DNA from: Octopus bimaculoides
Lineage: Eukaryota
Assembly (NCBI RefSeq): GCF_001194135.2
Contig: NC_068990.1
Coordinates: 34,147,862-34,211,861 of the forward strand
Direction: 5' to 3'
DNA: 64,000 nt
The position numbers and the translations under genes are program-made. This document shows positions 1-11,597 of this stretch, in pieces. Position 1 is the stretch's first letter. Each line of letters begins with the position of its first letter. Under the pieces are notes generated by a model. That model made no database searches. It was given only the letters and a program-made list of their open reading frames with translations, and was not told the origin of the DNA.

Positions 1-138
1 GATGGATGTTAAAAAAAACCCTCAAAATAATGGGTTAGTTAGGTTAAGTTTTATTTGTGAAATAGTTTGTTTTAATTTCTTGCAGAAAATGGTCTATGTT
101 TGTGATGGTGAGTGGGGATTGGGAGCTACGGATGAGGC

Positions 139-545
139 TTGGGTGCCAAGGGAGCGGCAGCCCGAAAATGTTCGAGAACCACTGATCTACAGGAACTGTC
201 GACAGGAAACACCAACGCGAACTGCGAGCATCAAGGCAAAAATCTTCGTTGTCGTAAGAAATTACTGGAACGCGGAGCTACGAATAGCGAACTTGCATTA
301 AACCCCAAATCGGAATGCTGCAGCATGAAAGACCACCACATCCAAATCGGAATGCTGCAGCATGAAAGACCACCACATCCAAATCGGAATGCTGCAGCAT
401 GAAAGACCACCACATCCAAATCGTAAAAATCCTCTTCCCACAATGATCTAGAACTACTTTGAAGAAGGATCCGGAAAGAAAACAAACAATAGAACAATAT
501 TGACAGGGCAGCCTTTGTCAATCAATTGAAAAGAACAATGATTTC
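139..545 (+). mobile_element. Possible Penelope-like GIY-YIG endonuclease remnant (very decayed)
   Basis: Broken frames give TNSELAL...KDHHIQIVKIL...RRIRKE, loosely like PLE endonuclease C-termini. No catalytic motif is visible. Confidence 0.22.
307..423. repeat. 37-bp tandem repeat, about 3.2 identical copies
   Basis: Unit AAATCGGAATGCTGCAGCATGAAAGACCACCACATCC at 307-343, 344-380 and 381-417, plus a partial copy. Each unit holds the palindrome ATGCTGCAGCAT. Confidence 0.97.
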
Positions 546-889
546 CTTTATAATCACTAGTTATATTCTAACACGCTCCATAGCATTGTGAGTTGGAACA
601 TTTAGATTTGAATCACAAAAATTACTTTTTTTTTCAAGAACCTCTCTTAACGTTTACTGAATGTGTTTGGTGAGTTTGTTGCACAAAACTATAAACTATA
701 AATTACATCATGTAGCAGATTTATCACCATGATAATCATATATTGAAAACAAGCGTTTTTTTGTGAAATGCGTTCCAACTAACAAAAAACACGCGCACAC
801 GCACATCTTTTATCTTTTACTGGTTTTAGACAGAGGCTGAGGCCATTCTGGGGCACCGCCTTTTAGCGTAGTTGAGTTTCTTTCCTATA

Positions 890-1410
890 TTGTTTCTAGT
901 GAAGTATCGAATCGGATGGAGCTGCTCTTCTTTGTGGCTCTTGCCGCGATGGGGATTCATCAGGTATGTCACATAAAAATTTGCCCAGACGTTCTTTGAA
1001 GGCTTCCATATTTACACCTCGCAATTCTCTGAGGTTGTTTAGCAGAATGTCAAATAGTTGAGGACCCTTGAAACCCAAGCTGTTACAGCACTGGGTCCCT
1101 ATTGTAGATGGAGAAGACGGGATCTTTGGTATTGTATAGTGCCGTCCAATTCAGTAGCTGATATAGCTTTAAATTCCAAAGCTGGGAGTTAGACCTTCCA
1201 GGATCTTCCGTATGATATCGCTGCCAATCTTTCGCGTCTTTTCTCTAAGGAATACAGCTTCAGTTATTTTATCCTCTCTCAGTAGCTCATCTGCTGCACT
1301 GAGTCAATAATCTTTGTGTAGTGGGGTTGAACTGCCTCCAGTTCCGCCACCACTTCCACGTTCTGCGGTAACCACAGTTGCGAGCAGTCATCCAGATGAC
1401 TGAGATCTGG
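890..1410 (-). mobile_element. CR1/L2-group LINE, 3' end of ORF2 (decayed)
   Basis: Minus strand reads SHLDDCSQLWLPQ..ELEAVQ..SY*ERIK*LKLYSLEKRRER...GFKGPQLF...FKERLGKFLCDIPDE...RAAPSDSIL, a typical RT C-terminus of this group. Confidence 0.8.
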
Positions 1411-1500
1411 TAAAGTTGACCTTGGCAGGATTTGAACTCGCTGTGTTTAAATAATACAGGCATTTTTCTGATACTATGTCTAGCAATTCGTATCGAAAGA

Positions 1501-1567
1501 GGTGGATTGGCATTTGGAACGGTGGGTTGGCATTTGAAACAGTGGATTGACATTTGGAACGGTGGAT
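1501..1567. repeat. 20-bp tandem repeat, about 3.3 copies
   Basis: GGTGGATTGGCATTTGGAAC and variants at 1501, 1521, 1541, partial at 1561. Confidence 0.9.
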
Positions 1568-1579
1568 CTCGAAGCAAAT

Positions 1580-1760
1580 TTTAAATATTGGATTTAAAAA
1601 ACGCTTTGAATAGAAAGGGTCGAATGTCGCCGTGGGACTTGATCCCACATCACCCGTAACCATGGTAGGAGTTTTCCTATCGGACTAATATAATCCCTCG
1701 AATTTCTCTAGGCATTTTAGAAACTTCATTCTCAACAGCAAGAATTTTATGCAGTTCACG
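1580..1760 (-). mobile_element. Interspersed repeat with internal tRNA-like module (family F, copy 1)
   Basis: Homologous to 3325-3510. The minus strand has a T-arm-like GTGGGATCAAGTCCCAC. Confidence 0.6.
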
Positions 1761-2149
1761 TCATATATATATCGTGCTTCGTACATTTTTTGTTGTACAC
1801 ATTTCATGACGTCCTGTGCCCCCCCCCCCATATATATATATATANNNNNNNNNNNNNNNNNNNNNNNNNNNNNNNNNNNNNNNNNNNNNNNNNNNNNNNN
1901 NNNNNNNNNNNNNNNNNNNNNNNNNNNNNNNNNNNNNNNNNNNNNNNNNNNNNNNNNNNNNNNNNNNNNNNNNNNNNNNNNNNNNNNNNNNNNNNNNNNN
2001 NNNNNNNNNNNNNNNNNNNNNNNNNNNNNNNNNNNNNNNNNNNNNNNNNNNNNNNNNNNNNATATGAGAGAAAGAGAAAGAGAGAGACTGGAGTCTGAAT
2101 CACAAAATATAACCATATTCCGTTGTGAAAATCAGCTGTCCACCCGACA

Positions 2150-2340
2150 ACAATATGGTGATAAAAAAAAATTCTGGACAATAAAAACGGATGGACCTTT
2201 GATAACAAGCCAGTAAATCCAGTACCCAAAATTCACTTTAATCATTATCCCTATTATTATTGGAGCAACTGGATACGTAGCAACTCGGCAAGATCGACGT
2301 ATGGTTATGCTTGTATTTTTGCTTCTTGGCAGATAGATCG
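2150..2340 (+). mobile_element. Possible R4-clade non-LTR retrotransposon C-terminal remnant
   Basis: The frame GPLITSQ*IQYPKFTLIIIPIIIGATGYV resembles the motif at the end of the restriction-like endonuclease region of R4-type elements. Confidence 0.35.
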
Positions 2341-2869
2341 TAACTCCATATTTCATTCGTTCGCGTTTCATTATCCGAGATACTGTGATAATTTGTAGAT
2401 GATCACGATATCTGGGACAATAAATAACCTGCAACACCTTAAAATTTAAAGGATGAATGGGTTGTGTAAAAGAGTAGTTGCACATAGAAAATAAATATCT
2501 TCTCTGTACAACCTTGCTTACGAGTAGGCGGCCGATCAAAATAAACTGTAACATTTTAAACCAGGAAGATAAACTAAAGAAACACGCCTGCAAAAGAAAC
2601 GGACATGCATTCGTATATACACATGCATGTGGGTATACAGACACACATGCATGTGGGTTTACAGACACACATACATGAATTCATTCAAGCTTGCTTATGT
2701 ACATTTATCCATGAAAGTGCATGAGATTGAGTAGATACGTGTGTATTCACAAGTATATATATAACGAACGGTTGCGAATATATGTATGTGTATAAAAGTT
2801 TATATATTCAACGAATGCACAGAATCAAAGGCGAAGTGAGAGGTACAAGCATATCATTTTTTTTTATTC

Positions 2870-3280
2870 TATTACTTGTTTCAGTCATGTGACTGCGGCC
2901 ATGCTGGAGCACCGCCTTAAAGGTTTTTAGTCCAACAAATCGACTCCAGGACTTATTCTTTGTAAACTTAGTATTAATTCTATCTTTTGTTTTTTTACCA
3001 AACCGCTAAGTTACGGGGACGTAAACACACCAACATCGGTTGTCAAACGATAGTTGGGGAGCAAACACAGATACAAAGACACACACACACTCACAAACAC
3101 ACACACACATACATACATATATGGCAGTCTTCTTTCAGTTTCTGTCTACCAAATCCACTCATAAGGCTTTGGTTGACCCGAGGCTATAGTAGAAGACACT
3201 TGCCCAAGGTGCCACGCAGTGGGACTGAACCCGGAACTATGCGGTTGGGAAGCAAGCTTCTTACCACACAGCCATGCCTC
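2870..3280 (-). mobile_element. tRNA-derived SINE family A, near full length
   Basis: Minus strand: head GGCTGTGTGGTAAG..CCGGGTTCAGTCCCACTG, core CCTTGGGCAAGTGTCTTC, internal CA/TA microsatellite, tail CCAGCATGGCCGCAGTC..GAAACAAGT. Tail fragments also lie at about 795-880 and 8205-8381. Confidence 0.9.
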
Positions 3281-3324
3281 TACGTGTGTGTGTGTGTGTG
3301 TGTGTGTACGAGCATTATGATTCA

Positions 3325-3510
3325 GTTTGGCTGTTTTGATATTTGAAAATGATATTTCTAATTTTGGTACTTTGAATAGAAAGGATCGAATGCCGCCGTG
3401 GGACTCGATCCCACATCACCCGTAACCACGGCAAGCGTTTTGCTATTGAGCCCAATATAAATCCTTCGAATTTCTCTAGGCATTTTAGAAACTTCATTCT
3501 CATCAGAGAA
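3325..3510 (-). mobile_element. Interspersed repeat with internal tRNA-like module (family F, copy 2)
   Basis: Minus strand GGGCTCAATAGCAAA (A-box-like)...GTGGG ATCGAGT CCCAC (5-bp stem, 7-nt loop, B-box-like). It shares about 60 bp upstream with the copy at 1580-1760. Confidence 0.65.
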
Positions 3511-3514
3511 TGAA

Positions 3515-3625
3515 GGATAATTGGCAAAGTCGATCACGGCAGGAATTGAACTCGGAACGTAAACAGTCGGAAGAAATGCCGCAAAGTAATTTGTCCGACG
3601 CGCTAGCGTTTCTGTCAGCTCACTA
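3515..3625 (-). mobile_element. SINE family B fragment
   Basis: Matches the GGCAAAGTCGAC..GAATTTGAACTCAGAACGT..GTGCTAAC motif of the other B copies. Confidence 0.75.
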
Positions 3626-4344
3626 CAGAAAAATAGTTGAACATAATGATGATGACGGTGGTGGTGGTATTGGTTTCTTTTATTAGTTAAGCAAGACGAA
3701 AGAATATGTTGGTCTAAAATCGTTCTAATGAAATCAGCAGCAATTTCCTGTTCTACTAGATAGATTCCTGAGTAGTTGCTGATAATTAGCTGCAATATGA
3801 AATTCTTGCAGTGTTTTCTAATACAGAAACGAGATTATGAAAATACAATTGAACAGCAGCACGCCAGTAACATATACATACTTACATACATACATAAATA
3901 CATACATACATACATAATACACATATGTATGTATGTATGTGTGTGTGTATGCATGCATGTATAAGCCAGCATTTCATTAATTCAGTTAGTATTGATTGCA
4001 GAGATGCCAGTGATGATAGCAACAAAAACCAGAGATTCTGTGGAATTTTCAGAGGAATTGAAGAATATGTATTAAACACGCAGAAACCATAGAAGCATGG
4101 GGGATTTCTTTGAAAGAAATCACAAAAATAAAAAAAAATTAAAAAAATCATTGTGTTTGCTTTTAAGAAAGAGAAAAATAAAACGCGATGAAATTAAAAG
4201 GAAAATACATTAAGTATACGTTTGAAAATATTTACAACTTCAAGAAATTAAGCGAGGTGTAAAATAAAGCAAACGAAAATAGATATTATTAGAGAAATAT
4301 TCAAAGACCGATTCCAAACGCTGTTTTGTAATAAAATAGACCCA

Positions 4345-4655
4345 CATCATGTCATGTCATGCCATCTTCTTTGCCCACTTCATTCTGGAGGGTCGAGGGA
4401 GGAGAGTCTTCAGCCACGCCCTACATCGTGTTCTGTCAGAAGCAACAGTCTCCAATTGATTCGGTTGAATCTCCAAGCGGTTGAATCTCCAATCTCTAAC
4501 CGAGCTCATTGATGTTATCCAACCATCTTGCTCGTGGTCAACCCCTGAGGGTTTCTTTTTTTTTTTTTTTTTTTTTGCTCGTAAAACCCGTTCGGCGATT
4601 CTTTCCCCGAGACATTCTGCCTATGTCTCCGTAGAATCGGAGCTGTGACATCTCA
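4345..4655 (-). mobile_element. RTE-clade LINE 3' end
   Basis: Minus strand SQLRFYGDIGRMSRERIAERVLRA..RARWLDNINEL..ETVASDRTRCRAWLKTLLPRPS, then a GACAT-type tail. Confidence 0.75.
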
Positions 4656-4799
4656 ATTCGGAGAAGTAGTGACTATACTTAGAGCACCACCCTGAGACGG
4701 TATTCTCTGGCTGACAGACCCACATCTACTTATAAAATGTGTAAACAATAAATGATTATAGAGTAGAATGAACACAATGAAATAAGGATCTTTCAGACA

Positions 4800-5128
4800 G
4801 CTGAAAGACCTCCTTCGGTCATGAATGACCATGGGATTGCACCTAGAAAAAATTCCCTCCAAGGTACAAGTCTGGGCAAAGGTTTTATGGAAGACCAGTA
4901 GTTGACCATGCATACCAACCTCCCCTCTCTATGCTACCGATGTTATCCAAGGGAAAGGCAAAGGCTGATACAGCTTGGTGCCAGTGACTTCGCAACTCAT
5001 TTCTGCAGCTGAGTGAACTGGAGCAACGTGAAATACAGTGTCATGCTCAAGAACACAACACACAACCCGGTCCGGGAATCGAACTCCTTACCTCATGAGT
5101 GTGAGCCCGACGCCCTAACCAATGAGCT
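4800..5128 (-). mobile_element. tRNA-derived SINE family E
   Basis: Minus head GCTCATTGGTTAGGGCG..GTTCGATTCCCGG, core GTGTTCTTGAGC..GTTGCTCCAGTTCACTCAGCTG. Homologous to 17335-17660. Confidence 0.85.
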
Positions 5129-5231
5129 TTTATTTATCATATCTTTGCTGAAATAGACTGCCTTCGGGCCAATTGATTTTGAAAATAACGAAAAATTAAG
5201 TAAAATAACTTTGTCATTGAACTGGTGTATA

Positions 5232-5382
5232 CACTAGCGGAGCTAAGTGAGGGCGGTAGGGGTAGTACTTTTAAAGGGGCGGCACTTTTGGGTCTGTTGA
5301 GGCAATATGTGCTTTTTGTGGGGTCCGGGTGCGGCAAATGGAAGGGCTGCCCCGGACGGCACACACTCTAGCTACGCTAGTG
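5232..5382. mobile_element. hAT-type MITE, 151 bp
   Basis: TIRs CACTAGCGGAGCTA / TAGCTACGCTAGTG, with a perfect 8-bp TSD GGTGTATA at 5224-5231 and 5383-5390. Confidence 0.92.
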
Positions 5383-5814
5383 GGTGTATACCAAATAAAT
5401 TAGAATGTACAACAAAGTTTATCATAAAAGTAAAGATATGGCAAAATCATGCATTGAAGATCGTATTTCATATGTCTTACTATTAAGCGAATACTTCTTC
5501 GAAATTAAAATTTCTTTAAAAGAAAAAGCTCTTCAAGACATTAATAACATCAAAGCTTTAAAAGAGTTCTGATTGCTTATCGAAGTCATTCACAACTGGT
5601 TTAAATATTTTCTAGTGCTAGAACAAGGAGAATTTCTCTTTAAAAAAATGTTATTTCGTATTTTACAGTCAATACATTTTAAAAAGATTTTTAGTGATGT
5701 TAACCCTTAAAAATTTTTTTTTTTTTCAGTAAATGATTAACCTACACTAATAACGCATACTTTCATCCACAAAAGGCTTAGGATATTTGTGTGGGTGTAC
5801 ACATACATAGCGCA

Positions 5815-6060
5815 AGCGCATGGCATAGTGGTTAGAGTGTTGACCTCATGATCGTAAGATTGTGGTTTCGATTTCTGGACGGGGGGGGGGGGGCATATTG
5901 TGTTCTTGAGTAAAACACTTCATTTCACGTTGCTCCAGTCCATTCAGCTGGCAAAAATGTGTAATTTTGCGACGGGCCGGCGTCTCATCCAATATACGCC
6001 ATGGAAACCAGGAAACCGGTCCTATGAGTCTATACGACTCGGGAAGGAACTATACTTCAC
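5815..6060 (+). mobile_element. SINE family E variant with a different tail
   Basis: Head GCATGGCATAGTGGTTAG..GGTTTCGATT and the same core GTGTTCTTGAG..GTTGCTCCAGTCCATTCAGCTG. Confidence 0.75.
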
Positions 6061-6092
6061 TCTTTTTTGGCACAGACACACATATATACATA

Positions 6093-6185
6093 CCAGCAAT
6101 GCATCCCGGCGTTGTCAAGGTGCTATGACCTACAACCTCATTGTATCATTTGTTCCTTTTTTATGGGCAGAATCGGCACAGCTGA
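6093..6185 (-). mobile_element. Helitron 3' terminus fragment
   Basis: Minus strand ends ..GACAACGCCGGGATGCATTG-CTGG|T (degenerate hairpin plus CTRR). Homologous to 44444-44560. Confidence 0.6.
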
Positions 6186-6699
6186 TATATACTGTAGTGG
6201 ATTACTGGCGTAATGGAAGTTGTTTGTTTAAAAGTGAAGAGTGGGGAGGGTACAATTTGCATGGGTTTGTATGAGAGGGCTTTCTTTTCTTAAGAAGGAT
6301 CACAAGCTATGTATTGTTTCATCGTATAAAAGGGGGTTCATACGATTTTGCTCAGAAATCACGTTTTCAAAATTTTAATTTTCCTCGTCCCCACCGCAAT
6401 TTCTCAATTTTTAACTTTATTCGATTTAATTTTATCGACGTAGAAATATACAGAGATTACGAATCTGGAAAATAGATATAATTTTTAAAAGTTTAATTTT
6501 TTCTTAAAGAGACACTCAATGTCCCTTCTCCCACCCGCTTTCAAAAGGCTAAAATCTCCCAATGTTTCACTTTCAGTTAATGTTTCACGCATGCATAGAA
6601 TTGTACTAAAATAGCAGACGTAAAAAAAAAAAAAAAAGCTTTTTGGAAATCGAGGAAGTTTCTTTAGAAATAATGTCATTTACTTATTGTTTCTAGCAT

Positions 6700-6942
6700 G
6701 TTGGGTTTTCTGGTGGTGGTCTGGTATTTTTTACGTCGCAGTTGAGCTGCTAGATGCAGGAGGAAAGAGTGAGAGAAATTTGTGGTGAAAGAGTCAGCAG
6801 AAGTTCGCCATTACCTTCTGCCAGAGCTGTGTGGAGTTTAGGTGTTTCGCTCATAAACACACACATCGCCCGGTCTGAGATTTGAACCCGCGATCCCTCA
6901 ACCACAAATCCGCTGCTCTAATCACTAGGCCATATACCTCCG
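6700..6942 (-). mobile_element. SINE family D variant
   Basis: tRNA head TGGCCTAGTGATTAG..GGGTTCAAATC and body shared with 21579-21965; the tail differs. Confidence 0.8.
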
Positions 6943-9059
6943 CTAGCAGTCGAATTTACGCAGAAAAAATACACAAATAAAAGTTATATACTTACTGGAA
7001 AGATCTAACATAAATGTTTGTATATAATAAAGAACAATATAGCAACAATTTACGTATAACCATAGAATTATTACATTGGACATATTAAATGAAGCAAATA
7101 ACGGGTTCAAGTTTTGGCACAAGACCAACGATTTTAGAGGAGGAGTAAGTCAGTTACATCAACTAGTGTCCAACTGGCGTCAGTCTAATGACTAGGTTGG
7201 TTTGTTTACACCCACTCCCGTAACTTAGCGGTTCAGCAAAAAAACCGTTAAAATATGTACCGGGCTTTAAAAATGATAAGTACTGAGATCAATTTGTTTG
7301 ACTGAACCCCAGCACCACCTTAAACAGTTAAGTCGAACGAGTTTCAGCCAGTTAAGCCATTATCGGGTAGTCCAATGATGGCTTAGCTGATTGGAACTTC
7401 GAAATTACTGTCAATGCTATTCTTGTTAAAGAATTATATATATATATATATATTGAAACGAAAGCTCGATCTACATTCGTTTCCTAACTATTCTAACACG
7501 CGATATAATAAGCTAAGGGGAAATACAAAAATCGTTCAATATTTTACATTAAATCTAAGAAAAGTACTGTACTCTAGACCTTTATTAATATGCCAAACAT
7601 ATATATGCATTTTCAATTTTTTAGTTTAAAGATGCTTTTATCGATAAAATATAACTGTCTTCTTTGGTATTTAATTTTGTGATTGCAAAGACAGCAGTAT
7701 GCAAAAAGGCTGCACTTTCCCCGCATCATCGTTATATTCAGTTATATACACTCGTAGCTTCAAGTCAAAGGGGTTGAGTTCAAATTGCACTGGTCAGTTA
7801 TTGATTCTGACAAACCTTACCAAGGAACAGATCAAAGGTGATCGATTATGCTTACGTAATGCACTTGCCATTCTTATGGGCTGATAATCGGCATCCACTT
7901 AATGAGCGAAACGAATTAGTTATTAATTGTAGGCATCAGATAAAGTGGTTATTCCGAAACTGCATTACGCAGAATTAATAATTATCTGTTTACCAATAAT
8001 AGATTGAACATACGCTGCTGTATGTAATCCTTCCACACGTGATGTGTGTGTGTATATATATATATATATGTATATTTGCGGAGATTTCAAGCTTCCATAA
8101 TTTATTTCTTCGACTTCTGACCTTTCACTTATTATTTAAAATATCTTGTAGCTATCTTACTTTTGAATCCAGTAACAAATGGCTAATTTCGAACTATGCA
8201 GCATTTATTTTATCTTGTGACGGTTTCAGTCATTGGACTACGGCCATGCTGGGTCACTTCCTTGAAGGGTTTAGTCGAAGAAATTGAACCTAATACTTTC
8301 TTTTAAAGCCCGGTACTTATTCTATCGTTCTTTTTTGCCGAACCTCTAAGTTACGGGAATGTCAACAAACCAAAACACGCCNNNNNNNNNNNNNNNNNNN
8401 NNNNNNNNNNNNNNNNNNNNNNNNNNNNNNNNNNNNNNNNNNNNNNNNNNNNNNNNNNNNNNNNNNNNNNNNNNNNNNNNNNNNNNNNNNNNNNNNNNNN
8501 NNNNNNNNNNNNNNNNNNNNNNNNNNNNNNNNNNNNNNNNNNNNNNNNNNNNNNNNNNNNNNNNNNNNNNNNNNNNNNNNNNNNNNNNNNNNNNNNNNNN
8601 NNNNNNNNNNNNNNNNNNNNNNNNNNNNNNNNNNNNNNNNNNNNNNNNNNNNNNNNNNNNNNNNNNNNNNNNNNNNNNNNNNNNNNNNNNNNNNNNNNNN
8701 NNNNNNNNNNNNNNNNNNNNNNNNNNNNNNNNNNNNNNNNNNNNNNNNNNNNNNNNNNNNNNNNNNNNNNNNNNNNNNNNNNNNNNNNNNNNNNNNNNNN
8801 NNNNNNNNNNNNNNNNNNNNNNNNNNNNNNNNNNNNNNNNNNNNNNNNNNNNNNNNNNNNNNNNNNNNNNNNNNNNNNNNNNNNNNNNNNNNNNNNNNNA
8901 GACTGAAAAAAAAAATTCTAAAAAAAGTTTAAAATTTAAAATTTGAGGAGGTGATGTTTGGGGGTGGGGTAAAATTTTCAAAAAGTATATATATTTTTTG
9001 CTTAGCATATTCGTAAACTAAAACCTAGGAATCCGAGGTAATTATTTTTAAAAAAATGC

Positions 9060-10592
9060 ATTTTTGAACTGGTCATTCAGTACCTCACTGATCTTGGTTG
9101 AACTGTCTGAGGAAGCCATCCTTTTGGAAGAGGGGTCCTATTTTGCAGCGTACTGAGGCTGTTTCTTTGGCATAATGAACGAAGGCCTTTGACAATGCTT
9201 TTTATAACTCAGGCTTCTTTATCTGCATAGGATTGTTGCAGACTTTTTTCTATCTCCTTCAGTGTTGTTTTTAGGCCAGACCTTTCGCTACTTTTAGAAT
9301 GTTGGTTGAGGCGATTTACAACATACATTACGAGAGAGATAAGATACGCCACTGTGGAGGTGCGCTTCACAACGGAGGAGGAAGCAATAAAGCACTCCAC
9401 AGAGGCAATAAGGACAGACAAATGGGTGATGTTGCCTTCGTACTGCGGCAAACGTGTGGCCAAGGTGCGAGTGGGTAAGGTACCACCCGAATTGAAAGAA
9501 GAATGGCTGATGACAGCCATAACGTATAATATGAAAGATGGGAAGATTCTGAAGGCTACAAGGACCCAGAAGTTAGATTACTGGGGATATAGTATCGAAT
9601 TAACGATTCAGGCAACAACAGAGGACTTGAATAGTGTGGTGGATGAGATTGTGCTGCTAGAAGATGTGAAGCTGAGAGCTATTGTGGAGGGTAGGCCACC
9701 AGTGTGTTTCACATGTGGAGAAAGGGGCCACATGAAGGCACGGTGCACCCAAAGAAAGCTACAAACAGAACAGGAGGAGAGACAGTAGAGTGTGGACCAG
9801 GTAGTATAGGGCAAGGCAACATAAACAGTAAAAGAAGCGGAGAAGGGATTCACTATGGTTAAAAAAAAAGGAGGAGGAGCAGAGGAATGCGTTCTCCGCC
9901 AGAGGAGCAAAAACAGGAGAGAGAAGAGGTGAGAAAAGAAACTGTGAAGGAGGGCAGTAGGAAGTAAAAAGAAAGTGGAGTTACCAGTGGAGAAAGAGTC
10001 GGAAACCCAACTGTATGAAGGTGAGATGGAGAGACTATTTATGGAGGAAGAAAAGAGAGAACCAAAAGTCCAAGAGAAAGGAAAGAAGATACGAGGAGGA
10101 GAGGGAGTATGGTATTATGTAACGTACCCCAAAAATGTTGAAACAGAGAAAAAGATAATCAAGTTACACTCAATAGTAAGAGTGGAGGTGCCTTCATACG
10201 TCTACGCGGAGGATATGAAGGCAATATTGATAGAAGAGGAAAACTACAGAAAATTGAAAGAGGTGTGGAGATAACATTTACCTGCCAGGAGTGGAGGTGG
10301 AATTTAAAGAGTTGCCACCGTGGTGGATTTAAGAGATATCGAACCACTAATGAAGTTCTACTAAAGACAAAAAAAGTATGAAATTAAAGGAAAAAAAAAA
10401 GAACAATTGTAAATAGTACATATAACGGTTTAAATGGTACTGCATGAGAGTGGGCCCCATGCGTCCTTTTTCATTTTTATATAACTTTCATTTCATTTAC
10501 ATTCATTTTAAGTTTTTTGTCCCCACTGTGGTCTTGTCTGTCCTTGTGGTGTCCCCATCTGTGTTTGGGGCTTTATGCCTAATAAAGAAATC
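9060..10592 (+). mobile_element. Tx1/L1-clade element encoding ORF1 only (HAL1-like)
   Basis: ORF1 with a CCHC knuckle is followed within about 300 bp by a T-rich 3' UTR ending AATAAAGAAAT. No endonuclease or RT sequence is recognisable. The 5' boundary is approximate. Confidence 0.7.
9290..10275 (+). pseudogene. Tx1-type ORF1p (gag-like nucleic-acid chaperone), disrupted
   Basis: RAIVEGRPPVCFTCGERGHMKARC (C-x2-C-x4-H-x4-C); ORFs 9306-9788 and 9975-10274 are separated by stops and frameshifts. Confidence 0.8.
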
Positions 10593-10979
10593 GGTATTGT
10601 GACTTGTGAATAATTGAGAATAATTCTGTGGTGTTTTTTTTTTTTTGCTTGTAGGTATAGTTGAAATTGTTGTATCTGAATTCTTTCCTTGTGTTGTTAT
10701 TAATAGCGTTCTGTGTATGGCCGACAGTGTGAACTTTTATACCCCTCTGTGAGGTGGGGAATTATCCATTTTTGTTGCGTATTCCCACAAATCTTGTTAA
10801 ATTTTGTTTAAAATGAATACTTCCTCTGCAGAGTAAAAAAAACAACTGTGAAATGTTAAGTATGCCAACAGCAGACAAACTTGTTGAACCGCCAGATAAA
10901 GATAAATTTTGCAGCTGCGGCTGGAGTGAAAAAAGAAAATTTATGTGTAGATCGAAGTATGCAAATGCAGCACCAAAAC

Positions 10980-11590
10980 ATGTTTTCGAAGGAGGAGTAC
11001 GACGTAAAAGCCACCCTCCCGAGTGAAATCAAAGAGGAAACCGCAAAAAAAAAAAAAAGTCGTATTTAAAACTGGTAATAAAGGAAAAGAAACTCGACAA
11101 AGCACCAAAAGAAGAAATACAAAAATGCCTGCAATCTGGCAGGACATAGAATACCTGACCAGAGGGAAACGCTTTGCCAATGTAGTAGTTTATTTCAAAA
11201 GCGAAGAGAAGGCCAAAACACACTCAGTGCAACCTTTGAGAACCACAGACATTGTGTTGCTGCTAACATACTTAGGAAGGCGCACATCAATAATCACAAC
11301 AGAAGAGATCCTGCCAGAAATGAACTCGTAGCCGTACTAATGGGGCTCGAAGAAGAAATAACGATATTAGAGGCCTCAAAATTCCACCAGCAGAACTGGA
11401 AGGGGCAAGGCCTCGAGGTCACCATCCAAGCGGTGCCACAGACCCTGGAAAAGATCATGGAAAATATACACCTCGGAGAAGAAACCACCTTACGGGCAAT
11501 GGTGGAGGGAAGAAAACCCCGGTGCTTCGAATGTGGAGAGAAGGGCCACATTCGGGCAAACTGTCCTACCCGTAAGGTGGAGACGGCCCA
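10980..11590 (+). pseudogene. Tx1-type ORF1p remnant
   Basis: RAMVEGRKPRCFECGEKGHIRANC knuckle; homologous to, but clearly diverged from, the ORF1 at 9290-9790. Confidence 0.82.
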
Positions 11591-11597
11591 AATAACT

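Noticed and set aside
2132-2668. 178-aa minus-strand ORF
   Set aside because: No recognisable domain or splice sites; it is partly microsatellite and antisense to a probable R4 remnant.
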